Positions 10,846-20,659 are shown, counted from the stretch's first letter. The stretch: 64,000 nucleotides of DNA from Promethearchaeota archaeon (GCA_019058245.1 JAHPZJ010000025.1:28408-92407), one strand, 5' to 3'. Notes: generated from the letters alone by a model not told the origin. Program-made: numbers and translations.

Positions 10846-11850
10846 TTATTTTTTCTCATTCCAACGCGGATATGTTCCTCTTTCCATAAAAATTTTATTA
10901 GATTTTACGAGTATTCCAGATTTTGCTTTAAGAATTTGAAAGGCATCCTTTAAAGTATTCCCAAATCCTATTAATTCTTTTTTCAATGTCATAAATGCAA
11001 TTAACATATTTGGTTTTATTCTAGCATCAATATAGCATATACCTGCTGAAGCTAATCCCGCCCCATGACATAAAGCATCAACTGCTGTATCTCTAACATA
11101 TATCTTGGGTAGATGAGAGACCATCTTTTCCATTGGAAATACAATTTTTCTCAAATAGTAATCATTGCCCTCTGTATGATAAATTGTTAGAGCATCTTTT
11201 AAATTTTGTAGGGTTATCAAATTAACATTTTCTTTAAAATCTCCTACTCTCGTTCTTCTGAGTTCAAGCATATGAGCTCCTGAACAAAGAGCTTCTCCTA
11301 AGTCAAAACAATATTTTCTTATATAAGTTCCTGCTTCACACCCAACTCTAAACAATATATGACTATGATCAACATCAATAACTTCACTATAATATATTTC
11401 TCTTATTCTTAATTTTCGAACTACAGATGACTTTATTGGAGGTCTTTGATATATCTTGCCAGTGAATAATTTGAATATTTTTTCTATTCTTTTTCTTTTT
11501 TCTGGAGAGTGTAAATACATAACTCCTACATATTCTTTTCCAGCATTTAATAGTGCTGATAATACTCTCGTTGCTTTTCCAAGAGCACAAGGTAACACAC
11601 CAGTTACTTTTGGATCAAGGGTTCCTCCATGACCCGCATTTGAAATTCCCAAAATTTTACGAACCCATGAAACTACCTCGTGACTAGTTGGTCCACTTGG
11701 TTTATCAAGATTTATTACCCCATATTGGAGTAGTGTATCAATACTTCTATTTTTGGGGTCACATCCATAATTTGGATCTGAAATATCTTCGGATTTAATC
11801 AATAATTGTTCTGGTTCGTCAGAAGGTAATTTGAATTCTAAATTTTCCAT
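10846..11850 (-). CDS. cbf5: H/ACA pseudouridine synthase Cbf5
   Basis: LDKPSGPTSHEVV, GHGGTLDPKVTG, CEAGTYIR and PUA domain. Confidence 0.97.
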   Translation of the reverse strand: MENLEFKLPSDEPEQLLIKSEDISDPNYGCDPKNRSIDTLLQYGVINLDKPSGPTSHEVVSWVRKILGISNAGHGGTLDPKVTGVLPCALGKATRVLSALLNAGKEYVGVMYLHSPEKRKRIEKIFKLFTGKIYQRPPIKSSVVRKLRIREIYYSEVIDVDHSHILFRVGCEAGTYIRKYCFDLGEALCSGAHMLELRRTRVGDFKENVNLITLQNLKDALTIYHTEGNDYYLRKIVFPMEKMVSHLPKIYVRDTAVDALCHGAGLASAGICYIDARIKPNMLIAFMTLKKELIGFGNTLKDAFQILKAKSGILVKSNKIFMERGTYPRWNEKK

Positions 11851-12092
11851 ACTAATGAGAAGAGAAGGGAATGTTTAATTAATAATAAAAAGAGAGATCT
11901 CATAAACCTTTCCTAATTTAGAATGTTATGGTTATTTCTGTTAAATAAATTAAAATTCAATTAAAAAAAAAAAATTTATGTAGATAATTTATTAGTATTA
12001 AAAATAGTTATAGTGGAATAAGCTGATATATATATGGTCTGTACATTTAAATGAATTATTTACCTTTGGACAATTTAATACCAACGTTAATA

Positions 12093-12926
12093 TCACTCTA
12101 TAGGAAAAAAATCGGGTAAATCTCCTGGCACTTTCAAATTCCATTTAGGTCTTCTTTTTTGAAGAAAAGACATTATTCCTTCACGTGCATCTGATTGCTT
12201 TCCTGTCCAGCTTGAATATCTATGATTTATACTCTCCACCTTATCTATATCTGTCTCGGTAAGGAATTGATAAAGCATTCTCTTTGTAAGAGATGTACTT
12301 ACAGGCGCACTTAATAATATCTCATCAGCTATTTCTCGGGCGGTATCCATTAATTTATCATCAGGTACTACTCGACTAACAAGGCCGTACTCTAAAGATT
12401 CTTGAGCATTTAAGATTCTGCCAGTATACATTAATTCAGCAGCACGACTAATTCCAATTATACGAGGTAAAATCCAGGGACATGAAATCTCAGGTAAATA
12501 ACCACGTCGATTGAATACAATTCCTAAACGTGCACTCTCGGAAGCAATTCTTATATCAAAAGGTAAAATAAATGTGACACCAATCCCAACAGTAGGACCA
12601 TTAATTGCAACTATTACAGGCTTCATCAACGAAAAAAACCGTCTAGTCATACTTCCTTCACGTCTGACCCTTTCATCTCTCTCACGTGACCTATTTGAAC
12701 CATCAAGTGCCGTAGCACCACTCGATAAATCAGCACCAGCACAAAATCCTCTTCCAGCACCAGTTAATATTGTAACCCGTAAATTAGGATCATTTTCAAC
12801 TTTCATAAGTGCATCCCAAACCTCCATCCCCATTTGCCAAGTATAAGCGTTCAAATGTTCTGGTCTGTTTAAAGTGATTGTTGCAACCTCATCTGAGGAT
12901 TGGAAAATTATTTGTTCATATTCCAT
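12093..12926 (-). CDS. Enoyl-CoA hydratase/isomerase (crotonase) family
   Basis: ITLNRPEHLNA, FCAGADL, AINGPTVGIG and DAREGIMSFLQKR. Confidence 0.93.
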   Translation of the reverse strand: MEYEQIIFQSSDEVATITLNRPEHLNAYTWQMGMEVWDALMKVENDPNLRVTILTGAGRGFCAGADLSSGATALDGSNRSRERDERVRREGSMTRRFFSLMKPVIVAINGPTVGIGVTFILPFDIRIASESARLGIVFNRRGYLPEISCPWILPRIIGISRAAELMYTGRILNAQESLEYGLVSRVVPDDKLMDTAREIADEILLSAPVSTSLTKRMLYQFLTETDIDKVESINHRYSSWTGKQSDAREGIMSFLQKRRPKWNLKVPGDLPDFFPIE

Positions 12927-13304
12927 GTTTATAAAAACCTCCTTTTTATCTTTATTTTTTTTAACTAACTAATTTTATTTCCTAAATTATTTAAAGTTTT
13001 AATTCTCATATTGCCCACCCTTTTAAAATAAGTGAAATAAAAAATCTGTGGTAATTATTGTACTAACATTTCTTTACATTATGTTTATTTTTATACTATA
13101 AATCTTAGATATATCTCCTCTTCTTATCATTAAAAATAAATAGTTCCAAAAAAACCAATATCAATAATACAATTGTAATATCATGGAACTAAATATATAT
13201 CTCAAAATTATTTCATTTAATATTGAATGATATATAATAAATCTGCCCTTTTTTTTCGTTTATCTACTTAATGGAAAGGATTTTTTTACCTTTATTTTAG
13301 ATAA

Positions 13305-13342
13305 TAATTTTTTACCTTTTCGTTGCTAAAGGTAAAAAATTA
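13305..13342. repeat. Perfect 15-bp inverted repeat with 8-bp spacer, plus an extra direct half-site near 13281-13293
   Basis: TAATTTTTTACCTTT-tcgttgct-AAAGGTAAAAAATTA, read directly from the sequence. Confidence 0.85.
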
Positions 13343-13519
13343 GTTTCCTCTCTGCAGAGAATCAATTGATCAGTATTATTAAACCAAAAACCTTAGATCA
13401 TATTCTTAAATATTGTTAACTCTTATATTAAAATTCAGGAAATCTTTAGAAAGAGGATTTTGGGATATGATAAAATTTGAAGGACACAATATCTATATAT
13501 AACGTATATACCTGAATAA

Positions 13520-13623
13520 CGGGCTATAGGGGAATTGAACCCCCGACCTTTCTTTTTAAGGGAGAACTTCCCATAAATGTCAGGTTAAAAGCCTGCTGCG
13601 CTACCTGCCTGCGCCAATAGCCC
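13520..13623 (-). tRNA. tRNA-Lys(TTT) with ~30-nt non-canonical intron at about 44/45 (13549-13578)
   Basis: Acceptor GGGCTAT/ATAGCCC, D stem GCGC/GCGC, anticodon arm GCAGG-CT TTT AA-CCTGA and T arm GGGGG-TTCAATT-CCCCT. An extra hairpin sits between the anticodon stem and GGTC. Confidence 0.9.
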
Positions 13624-13748
13624 ATAAAGATTTTCATTTATAATTAGGTGTGAATTGCATAAGAATAAATCCATTATAATATAAAAATTTTATTTAAATG
13701 AGTATCTTTCCTTTAAATTTTAAATAGCATATAGAAATATATCAAAAA

Positions 13749-14774
13749 TTAACCCTTTTCTCTAAAGTGTTCGAATCCATGACTCTTAATTTCTTTTCTC
13801 TCACTTTCCTTAATAATAAAGATATTTTCCTCGGAAATAATCTTTCCAATTCTAAAAAGATGCCCATTTTTCGATTGAATTTCGTTTTGAGCCTTGTTAA
13901 GATCTTTAGGATCTAAAGTAAATATATGAATAAATTCTTCACCCCCATTAAGAACTAACTCTTCTAAAGAAACATTGAATTCATTGGAATATTGAACTGC
14001 TTCCTTATCAATTAAATTTTCGTTAAAATCCAGTTCAAATCCTATATTTGGATTTGAAAGCATCAAATCCTCTAATGATTTTGATAATCCATCAGAAGAA
14101 TCTATGCTTGAAGTTGCTAAATTTCTTTCTGATAGTATAAAGGCTTCAATTCCAGTGAGCTCAGGTTTTAAAATACTCATTATGGATCTCTTATATTTTG
14201 GAAAATCATGTAGATCTCCCTTTTTATTTATAAGGATATCGAATCCTACTCCTGTTAAACCAAATTTATTATTAGCTATTAAAATATCTCCAACTTTTAT
14301 TCCTTTTCTGTAAATAATAGAGGAAGGTTTTTTAAAACCAAATACCGTTGGATTTATTATTAATTCTTTAGTTTCATTAAGATCTCCACCAATATAATCC
14401 ATATCGAATTTCATACAACTATCAATAACGCCATTTAAGACATCTACAAATTCAGTCTTTTTAAGTTCCTTCGGTAAACCAAATGAAATAATTATACCTC
14501 TAGGTTTTACACCTTTAACTAATAAATCACTGATATTCATTAAAACTGATTTTTTTCCAATTTGATAAGAACTCATTAAAGATGGTACATCTGTAGTAGA
14601 TACAAGCATATCAGAATTAAAAATAATATTCCCATCAAATTTTTTTCCTTTAAATTCAAAGAAAAAAGAATCATCCTTTAAAAGTTCTTTTCCAGTTTTT
14701 TTTAAAACTAAATCTTCTATGATTTCTATTAACTTTTTTTCCCCTAAATCCCCTATCTGAAGATTATTTTTCAT
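13749..14774 (-). CDS. thiL: Thiamine-monophosphate kinase
   Basis: GEKKLI, NISDL, GGDLN, SIDSSDGL and GGEEF. Confidence 0.92.
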   Translation of the reverse strand: MKNNLQIGDLGEKKLIEIIEDLVLKKTGKELLKDDSFFFEFKGKKFDGNIIFNSDMLVSTTDVPSLMSSYQIGKKSVLMNISDLLVKGVKPRGIIISFGLPKELKKTEFVDVLNGVIDSCMKFDMDYIGGDLNETKELIINPTVFGFKKPSSIIYRKGIKVGDILIANNKFGLTGVGFDILINKKGDLHDFPKYKRSIMSILKPELTGIEAFILSERNLATSSIDSSDGLSKSLEDLMLSNPNIGFELDFNENLIDKEAVQYSNEFNVSLEELVLNGGEEFIHIFTLDPKDLNKAQNEIQSKNGHLFRIGKIISEENIFIIKESERKEIKSHGFEHFREKG

Positions 14775-14842
14775 TAGATAAAATTTAAAATTTTATTACT
14801 ATTATGATTTTTGATTAGAATCGCATTATTAAAAATTTCTTT

Positions 14843-14943
14843 GCCTCTGTGGCTTAGTGGTATAGCAACATTTCATATCATTTCGATAAAAAGGTTAAAG
14901 ATTCGTAATCTGTAGATCGGGGGTTCAATTCCCCCCAGAGGCT
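14843..14943 (+). tRNA. tRNA-Thr(CGT) with 29-nt intron in the anticodon stem (28/29 or 29/30; about 14870-14899)
   Basis: Acceptor GCCTCTG/CAGAGGC, anticodon arm ACAGA-TT CGT AA-TCTGT after removing the insert, and T arm GGGGG-TTCAATT-CCCCC. Confidence 0.92.
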
Positions 14944-14947
14944 TAAA

Positions 14948-16003
14948 TTATACTTCTTCTGTAAAAACATATCGCTTTATCATTTGCAATGCCAGCATTT
15001 TAAATGCATCATTAATATTTTCTCCTGTTTTAGCAGATGTTTCAATATAGGAAAGATTTAATTTTTCTGCAAGGGATTCTCCTTCATTAGATGAAACAAC
15101 ACGGTTATCTTCCAAATCTATTTTGTTTCCAACGAGAATAAGTGATATTGATGATGAAGTACTTCTAATTTCTTTAAACCAATTTTCTAAACTTTCAAAT
15201 GTATCTTTGCGAGTTACATCATATACTAAAATTCCAGCTTCCGCATTTGAGAGGTAAGTTTGTCTCACACGCTTGAATTGTGCTTGGCCTGCCAAATCCC
15301 AAATAACAAAGCGAACTTTTGATTCTAATCCTTGAAAATCACATTCCTTTTTCATTATAGATGTTCCAATTGTAGATTTGTAGTCAGTTTGAAACGAATC
15401 TTCAACAAAACGATGAACCATGCTTGTTTTTCCTACTCCTCCTTCACCACCAAGGATGAGTTTAAATGCATATTCTCCTGATTGTACCTTTATTTTTTGA
15501 AGTGTGTCTAATTTTCTTTCAATATTTTTGGTTTCTTTTTCAGTGACTAATTTTGGTATTACAGGACTCACTGTTCTCCCATCAAATATTCTCGCAATTT
15601 TCTCAGCAGCTAGATAGGCATAAGGAAAAACAGGATCCACCATTGCAACTGATGTTAAGACTGTTACAAAAATCGCTTCGGGTCCAGCTTCGCAGAAAAT
15701 GAATCTTTGATCTTCAGTGTCAAAAGTTCCTGTTCCAAAAGAACCTGAACTAAATTCTTCGGTGATTCTAGTTAAAACAGGTTCTACTAAGGCACTAACT
15801 CCACCTATAACATCTTCCTCTACCTCAGTATCTTCAGCCCCTTTTAAAGCAGACATTACTAAACCTTCTCTATTCACTATAAGAGTAGCGATCAAATTTT
15901 CTCCAATTTCCTGCTTATACCATTTAAGCAATGCTTCAAGTTTTTTTCTATCGACTGACATGGATTCGATAACCTTTCTTATTTCTATGCAAGTGTAATA
16001 CAA
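14948..16003 (-). CDS. Roadblock/LC7 domain fused to a Rab-like small GTPase (start probably at 15961)
   Basis: N-terminal roadblock (LIVNREGLVMS); G1 GEGGVGKT, G2 TIG, G3 WDLAGQ, G4 NKID and G5 SAK. Confidence 0.92.
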   Translation of the reverse strand: MYYTCIEIRKVIESMSVDRKKLEALLKWYKQEIGENLIATLIVNREGLVMSALKGAEDTEVEEDVIGGVSALVEPVLTRITEEFSSGSFGTGTFDTEDQRFIFCEAGPEAIFVTVLTSVAMVDPVFPYAYLAAEKIARIFDGRTVSPVIPKLVTEKETKNIERKLDTLQKIKVQSGEYAFKLILGGEGGVGKTSMVHRFVEDSFQTDYKSTIGTSIMKKECDFQGLESKVRFVIWDLAGQAQFKRVRQTYLSNAEAGILVYDVTRKDTFESLENWFKEIRSTSSSISLILVGNKIDLEDNRVVSSNEGESLAEKLNLSYIETSAKTGENINDAFKMLALQMIKRYVFTEEV

Positions 16004-16291
16004 AATAACCTAAATATATTTTTATATAATAGGTTTGTTATTAAAATTTATAGAAAAAGATAAGTCTCAAGAAAACACGAATTAAAAGTTCAATATGAAT
16101 TAGGAAATTTAAATCTCTTCTTTTTATAATTAAAATTTTTTTAAGATAAATTTCATTCCAATCTTCTTTCTTATAACGCTATTAAAGACATTGAATATAA
16201 TTATATTCCTAAATACTCTTTTTTTTTTAACATACTGAATATTATTCGGTTTAATATCAAAACATTTAAATATTATATCTAATATTATCTA

Positions 16292-16546
16292 ATTAGTGAA
16301 TCTAGTTCGTTTGAAGAGGTTTTAAATATTTATTTACCCGATATAAAGAATAGCAAAGATGAAGAAGAATCTGTAAAATCTTTCATAGATTTCAATAAAA
16401 AGGATAAAATTTTATATGATAATCTATATATCGGAGTCTTTAAAATAGTTATCAAATTTCCAATAGAAAATAAAGACAAATTTCTAACTCAAATTAGAAT
16501 TGAAAGATTTTCATTAATGAATGATATTTTTTTAACCTCCTATTAA
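16292..16546 (+). CDS. Possible 84-aa hypothetical protein lacking an ATG/GTG/TTG start near its 5' end
   Basis: Stop-free frame ISESSSFEEVLNIYLPDIKNSKDEEESVKSFIDF...LTSY* in very AT-rich DNA. Confidence 0.4.
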   Translation: MSESSSFEEVLNIYLPDIKNSKDEEESVKSFIDFNKKDKILYDNLYIGVFKIVIKFPIENKDKFLTQIRIERFSLMNDIFLTSY

Positions 16547-16784
16547 TATTATCATTTTTTCCTTGTTTGAATTATTTCTTAATTTCAACTTGTATAATAT
16601 TCCAGCTGAAAAACAAAAACTTACATATCATTATATCATTATATATTAAATTGATATAATTAGAAAGATTGAATGATACACTCAGGATTTAAATGATAGT
16701 AAAATTTTAAAATAGTAAAAATTTCTATTTATCAATTAACCTTTCTAATAGAATCATTATAAGAGGGAAATATTAAAGGAACAA

Positions 16785-16991
16785 GCAGGGGTAGCCAAGA
16801 TTCTAGAATATATCATCTAGAACTCTACTAGATTGCCTCTATTAGACTAGAATGGAAATTTGGTCTACGGTGCTAGAATATTACGTGATTATACGTCTAT
16901 GGTGAGACTGAGGCTCTAGTGACATAGGTCTTCGTGGGTTCGAAAATCGACGTAAGTTATACGAATTCGATAGAAAATCCCACCTCCTGCA
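16785..16991 (+). tRNA. tRNA-Leu(GAG) with three non-canonical introns: 15/16 (16800-16858), 30/31 (16877-16906) and 59/60 (16945-16977)
   Basis: Mature sequence GCAGGGG TA GCC AAGTTTGGTCTAC GGT G CTAGA CT GAG GC TCTAG, long variable arm, GTGGG TTCGAAT CCCAC CTCCTGC A. Each insert folds with BHB geometry. Confidence 0.92.
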
Positions 16992-17137
16992 TCTAATAAT
17001 AAATCAGCCATTTAATCAAAATATCTATTTAATTTTTCATTCAAATAAAGTTCAAAATTATTTTCAATTATTAAGTGATAAATGTAATAAATATTCGATA
17101 GAAAACGTAAATAGGTAATTAAAAATTGGCACTCAAA

Positions 17138-20100
17138 TTAAAAAAAATCAGCTAATTTATGCTGCTTTAATTTAGGATTATTTGTCAAACTTTCTACATA
17201 TTCCTCTATTAGTTCCATCCTTTGTTTTGTATAATCATCTAAATTAAAACTTTTGCATAAATCTTTGGCACGAGGTATATATTTTTCAATCCCTCCACGA
17301 TTAACTGTTAATATTACTCGATTACCACATTTAGGACATTTTCCCCCATTCGAAATCGGAGGTCGTCTATATTTTTCATTACATTTAACGCATCGAAATT
17401 TTTGAACTGAGAATTTTCTTAAATTTCCCAGTATATCAGGATTAAAATGAGTGGTTAATATCTTTTCTGCTACATTTTTTGCGTCCACAGCTTTTATAAT
17501 TCTTGCTAGGTGAAGTTGAGCATTAATTTTATCATCCATTGTCTCATATGTTTTATAAGCAGAAGTTATTGGTCCCTCATTTATATTATCGGTAGGTATA
17601 TTATACCAAATATTTTCATATTGATTGGGTGTTCCTAAATGGCTTTTCACTAACTTCATTAGCTTTTCAATTTCAGAAGGAGAACAGTATCTTTCTGTAG
17701 CCTTATAAAATTCTAATGGATATTTTTGTAAAGTATCTATATTATGTGCTTCGATGTCTATCTCATTAGGGTCAATCTTTGTACCAATTACCAAAGTAGC
17801 ATCCATTCTACCACCAATTTTACTTGGAAGATAATGTCTTGAAAAATTCAATAAAGGATCTAAGAGTAGCATTACTCCATCTTCATCACCGTCGCAATTT
17901 CTTCTCTTTGCAGCATGCCAAAAAGGATGGGCATAAATAGATCGAGCTGGGGTAGATCCTATTATTCTACCTATTATTCCCGCACTAGTATGTGGTGCTA
18001 GACCTACAACTAGATGTCCAATTAAATTATCTCTAGCTATTATATTGTAGAAAGGTTCCATATGATAAAATAGTGTTAATTCATCATCCAGAAAATTAGC
18101 TACTTTAACAAAATATTCTGCGCAATCATCGGAAAGGATTATATCTTGTACTTTCAATTCTAAAATCTGATTATCATCTATGAGAGGATTTCCTTTAATA
18201 TCATTTCCATATCCTAAATCTTTTAGGGTGTCAATGGACGTTCCGATTTCTTTAGGTGTAAAATGAGTTAAAGGTATATCAGTAGCATCGTATCTTATTT
18301 CTGCTGTTTTGTAAACTAGTACATCATTTTTTGCCCTTAAAATACCTTTTTCAATAGGCTCAGGAACTTTATACTCATTTGTTAATCCAATTATTCCCTT
18401 TAATTTCTTGGGTAATTGAATTTTAAGTTTTTCTAAAACTTGACTAATATATTCCTTTATATTAAATTTTGCCTCACTAGATGTTTCCAGCCGATTGTTG
18501 CATTTTGGACAAGTAATTTCATAAGTAGGGTATAGCGTCTTACAATGTGAACATATTTTTTGTAATTCAGTATGCATTCCACAATTAGGACAAATATTAA
18601 AAATACTTGATCTTCCACAATTTAAACATTTTTTTCTGCATACATCAATTCTAATTTTACCCGTTTCAAAAACATTTTTTTTACTACTAATATTAAACGA
18701 ATTCTTTTTTTTGGATTCTGTTTCATTATCACCTTTTTTTTTACCAGTGTATTCTATTGCCTTTTCAAATAATCTTGTACTCCCAACAACATTACTCAAA
18801 GGAAAAAGGGCATGAACACCTTTCATACTTTTTTTCTCTGCCTTTTCAGGTCGTCCCATTCTCGATCCCATAAAATATGGGGCCTTATTTTTAATTTTAA
18901 TCAATGAAATCTTATTAAAATAAGAAAATACATTATCCTCACTTTCTATTTCCTTACATTTTTTATCATTTAAATTAAAAATAGTTTTATATATGAAATT
19001 CATACTTTCACTAAAAACTATTTTACTATTTTTTATTTTATGAGGAATAAATGCTTTTTCCAGAATTTTTTTAATCGATTCCTCATTTTTTAAAACAATT
19101 AGTTGTTCTGATTCAGAAAAATTCTTTATAAATTCTGTTCGTAATGTAATTAACTCTGTAACTGTCAAATTTCCCCAGAAATCTAGATAAAAAGGATGTA
19201 AGGGAATATCATATTTTTTCGAAATCTGGACAGCTTCTTGCGCTGTAGGAATCACTTTAAAAGGATTTTTAATAAAATTTTTTAACCTCTCATCAACATC
19301 TCCTTCATTTTTAAGAGAATTTTCCAATTCTAGTGCCCACCATTCTTCAACATACCCAGAAGGTATTAATATATGATTATTTTCGGTAAATTCTCCATAA
19401 CCAAATAGTATATCACCTAAAAATAATACTTCTTCAATTTCTGAAAAAAAAGTCTTGGCCTTTTTAACACTTGAGATTTTTATTACATTCCCATTTTTCA
19501 GTTTTACAATTGGACCAGCAATATTATTAACTGGACATATACTAGTACTTTTACCCGGACGTTCAATTCTCAACTGTGTGCCAATTGCAACAAAATCATC
19601 TAATAATGCCATCGTAGCAGGATGCATTCCGCCTGCAGCTAAACCAGTATTTCTAGATCGCCCATATCTTATCCTATGACCCCCTATTTTTGAGGGATGA
19701 CTAAAAACAGGGCGTCCTGCGATAATATCTGCAATATATTTCGAGTTTGGTGTGATTTTTAATTCTATTCGTTCCTCATTTTGCTTTCTTTTTTCTTTCG
19801 GTTCTTGATGTTGAGCAATTTTCTTTAAATCTGCCAACCAATCCCAACCTTCTAAGTTCATAGCTTTAGCTATCTTTAGTAACTTTGGTGCCTTAAGTAA
19901 AATGCCATCATTTAAAACTAAGCAAGCACCACCTCTTATTTTATTTGTTTCAATCCTAGGTAAATCTCTAAAAGCTGAAACCTCTTCATCCTCAGTTGAA
20001 TCACCATTTATTTCCACAGGTAAATTGCTGACAGCATATCGAATCTCTTTAGTAGATGAAGGGTATTGCAAATGCACTCTTCTATCATATAATTTTACCT

Positions 20101-20659
20101 CTTCAACGTATCGACCAATTTCCCCATCAGTTGCTTTATATTTAGGAAGATTTGATTTTTTTCTTACATAATCTGCAATTAATACACATAAAGCCGTAGT
20201 AGTACCTCCTGCAGCTCGAATGGGGCCCGCAAAGTATAATGATAAATATTTTTTTCCTAAATTATCTTCTCGAATTAAAATTTTAGAAATACCTTCTAGT
20301 GGTGCACTTACAACCCCCATAGTTTTAATTGCTAAACCTACTCTAATAGCTCTATCCACTCGCGCCTCTAATGTATCAATACTTCCAATTTTTCTATCTA
20401 AAATATCAGTAACTACTTTAAAAATTAGTTCATCTTCAGTTAAGTCCTTCTTTTTTAACTCCCTTATTAATTCTGCCACTCCTTTTGGCCCTACCAATTT
20501 CTCTACCCTTCCTGCTAAATCTTTTGCTTGAGGGGATTCCACTTCTAATTCAGGATCTAATCCTTTTTGTCGTGCTCTTTCTGCAATTGAATAGCACTTA
20601 TCTACTTGTTTTTGAATTTGATTAAAGTATAATTCCATCGTTTTGCTCATATCATGCAA
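17138..20659 (-). CDS. polC: DNA polymerase D large subunit DP2
   Basis: YFAGPIRAAGGT, RYGRSRN, RMGRPEK, catalytic RRNCDGDED and Zn fingers. Confidence 0.98.
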   Translation of the reverse strand: MHDMSKTMELYFNQIQKQVDKCYSIAERARQKGLDPELEVESPQAKDLAGRVEKLVGPKGVAELIRELKKKDLTEDELIFKVVTDILDRKIGSIDTLEARVDRAIRVGLAIKTMGVVSAPLEGISKILIREDNLGKKYLSLYFAGPIRAAGGTTTALCVLIADYVRKKSNLPKYKATDGEIGRYVEEVKLYDRRVHLQYPSSTKEIRYAVSNLPVEINGDSTEDEEVSAFRDLPRIETNKIRGGACLVLNDGILLKAPKLLKIAKAMNLEGWDWLADLKKIAQHQEPKEKRKQNEERIELKITPNSKYIADIIAGRPVFSHPSKIGGHRIRYGRSRNTGLAAGGMHPATMALLDDFVAIGTQLRIERPGKSTSICPVNNIAGPIVKLKNGNVIKISSVKKAKTFFSEIEEVLFLGDILFGYGEFTENNHILIPSGYVEEWWALELENSLKNEGDVDERLKNFIKNPFKVIPTAQEAVQISKKYDIPLHPFYLDFWGNLTVTELITLRTEFIKNFSESEQLIVLKNEESIKKILEKAFIPHKIKNSKIVFSESMNFIYKTIFNLNDKKCKEIESEDNVFSYFNKISLIKIKNKAPYFMGSRMGRPEKAEKKSMKGVHALFPLSNVVGSTRLFEKAIEYTGKKKGDNETESKKKNSFNISSKKNVFETGKIRIDVCRKKCLNCGRSSIFNICPNCGMHTELQKICSHCKTLYPTYEITCPKCNNRLETSSEAKFNIKEYISQVLEKLKIQLPKKLKGIIGLTNEYKVPEPIEKGILRAKNDVLVYKTAEIRYDATDIPLTHFTPKEIGTSIDTLKDLGYGNDIKGNPLIDDNQILELKVQDIILSDDCAEYFVKVANFLDDELTLFYHMEPFYNIIARDNLIGHLVVGLAPHTSAGIIGRIIGSTPARSIYAHPFWHAAKRRNCDGDEDGVMLLLDPLLNFSRHYLPSKIGGRMDATLVIGTKIDPNEIDIEAHNIDTLQKYPLEFYKATERYCSPSEIEKLMKLVKSHLGTPNQYENIWYNIPTDNINEGPITSAYKTYETMDDKINAQLHLARIIKAVDAKNVAEKILTTHFNPDILGNLRKFSVQKFRCVKCNEKYRRPPISNGGKCPKCGNRVILTVNRGGIEKYIPRAKDLCKSFNLDDYTKQRMELIEEYVESLTNNPKLKQHKLADFF

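Noticed and set aside
10846-11850. Crenarchaeal-type intron in cbf5
   Set aside because: The ORF is continuous and AGHGGTLDPKV is intact; no insert.
18660-18760. Lys-rich insertion in DP2 as a hidden in-frame intron
   Set aside because: No hairpin or BHB geometry seen; it reads as a low-complexity protein loop.
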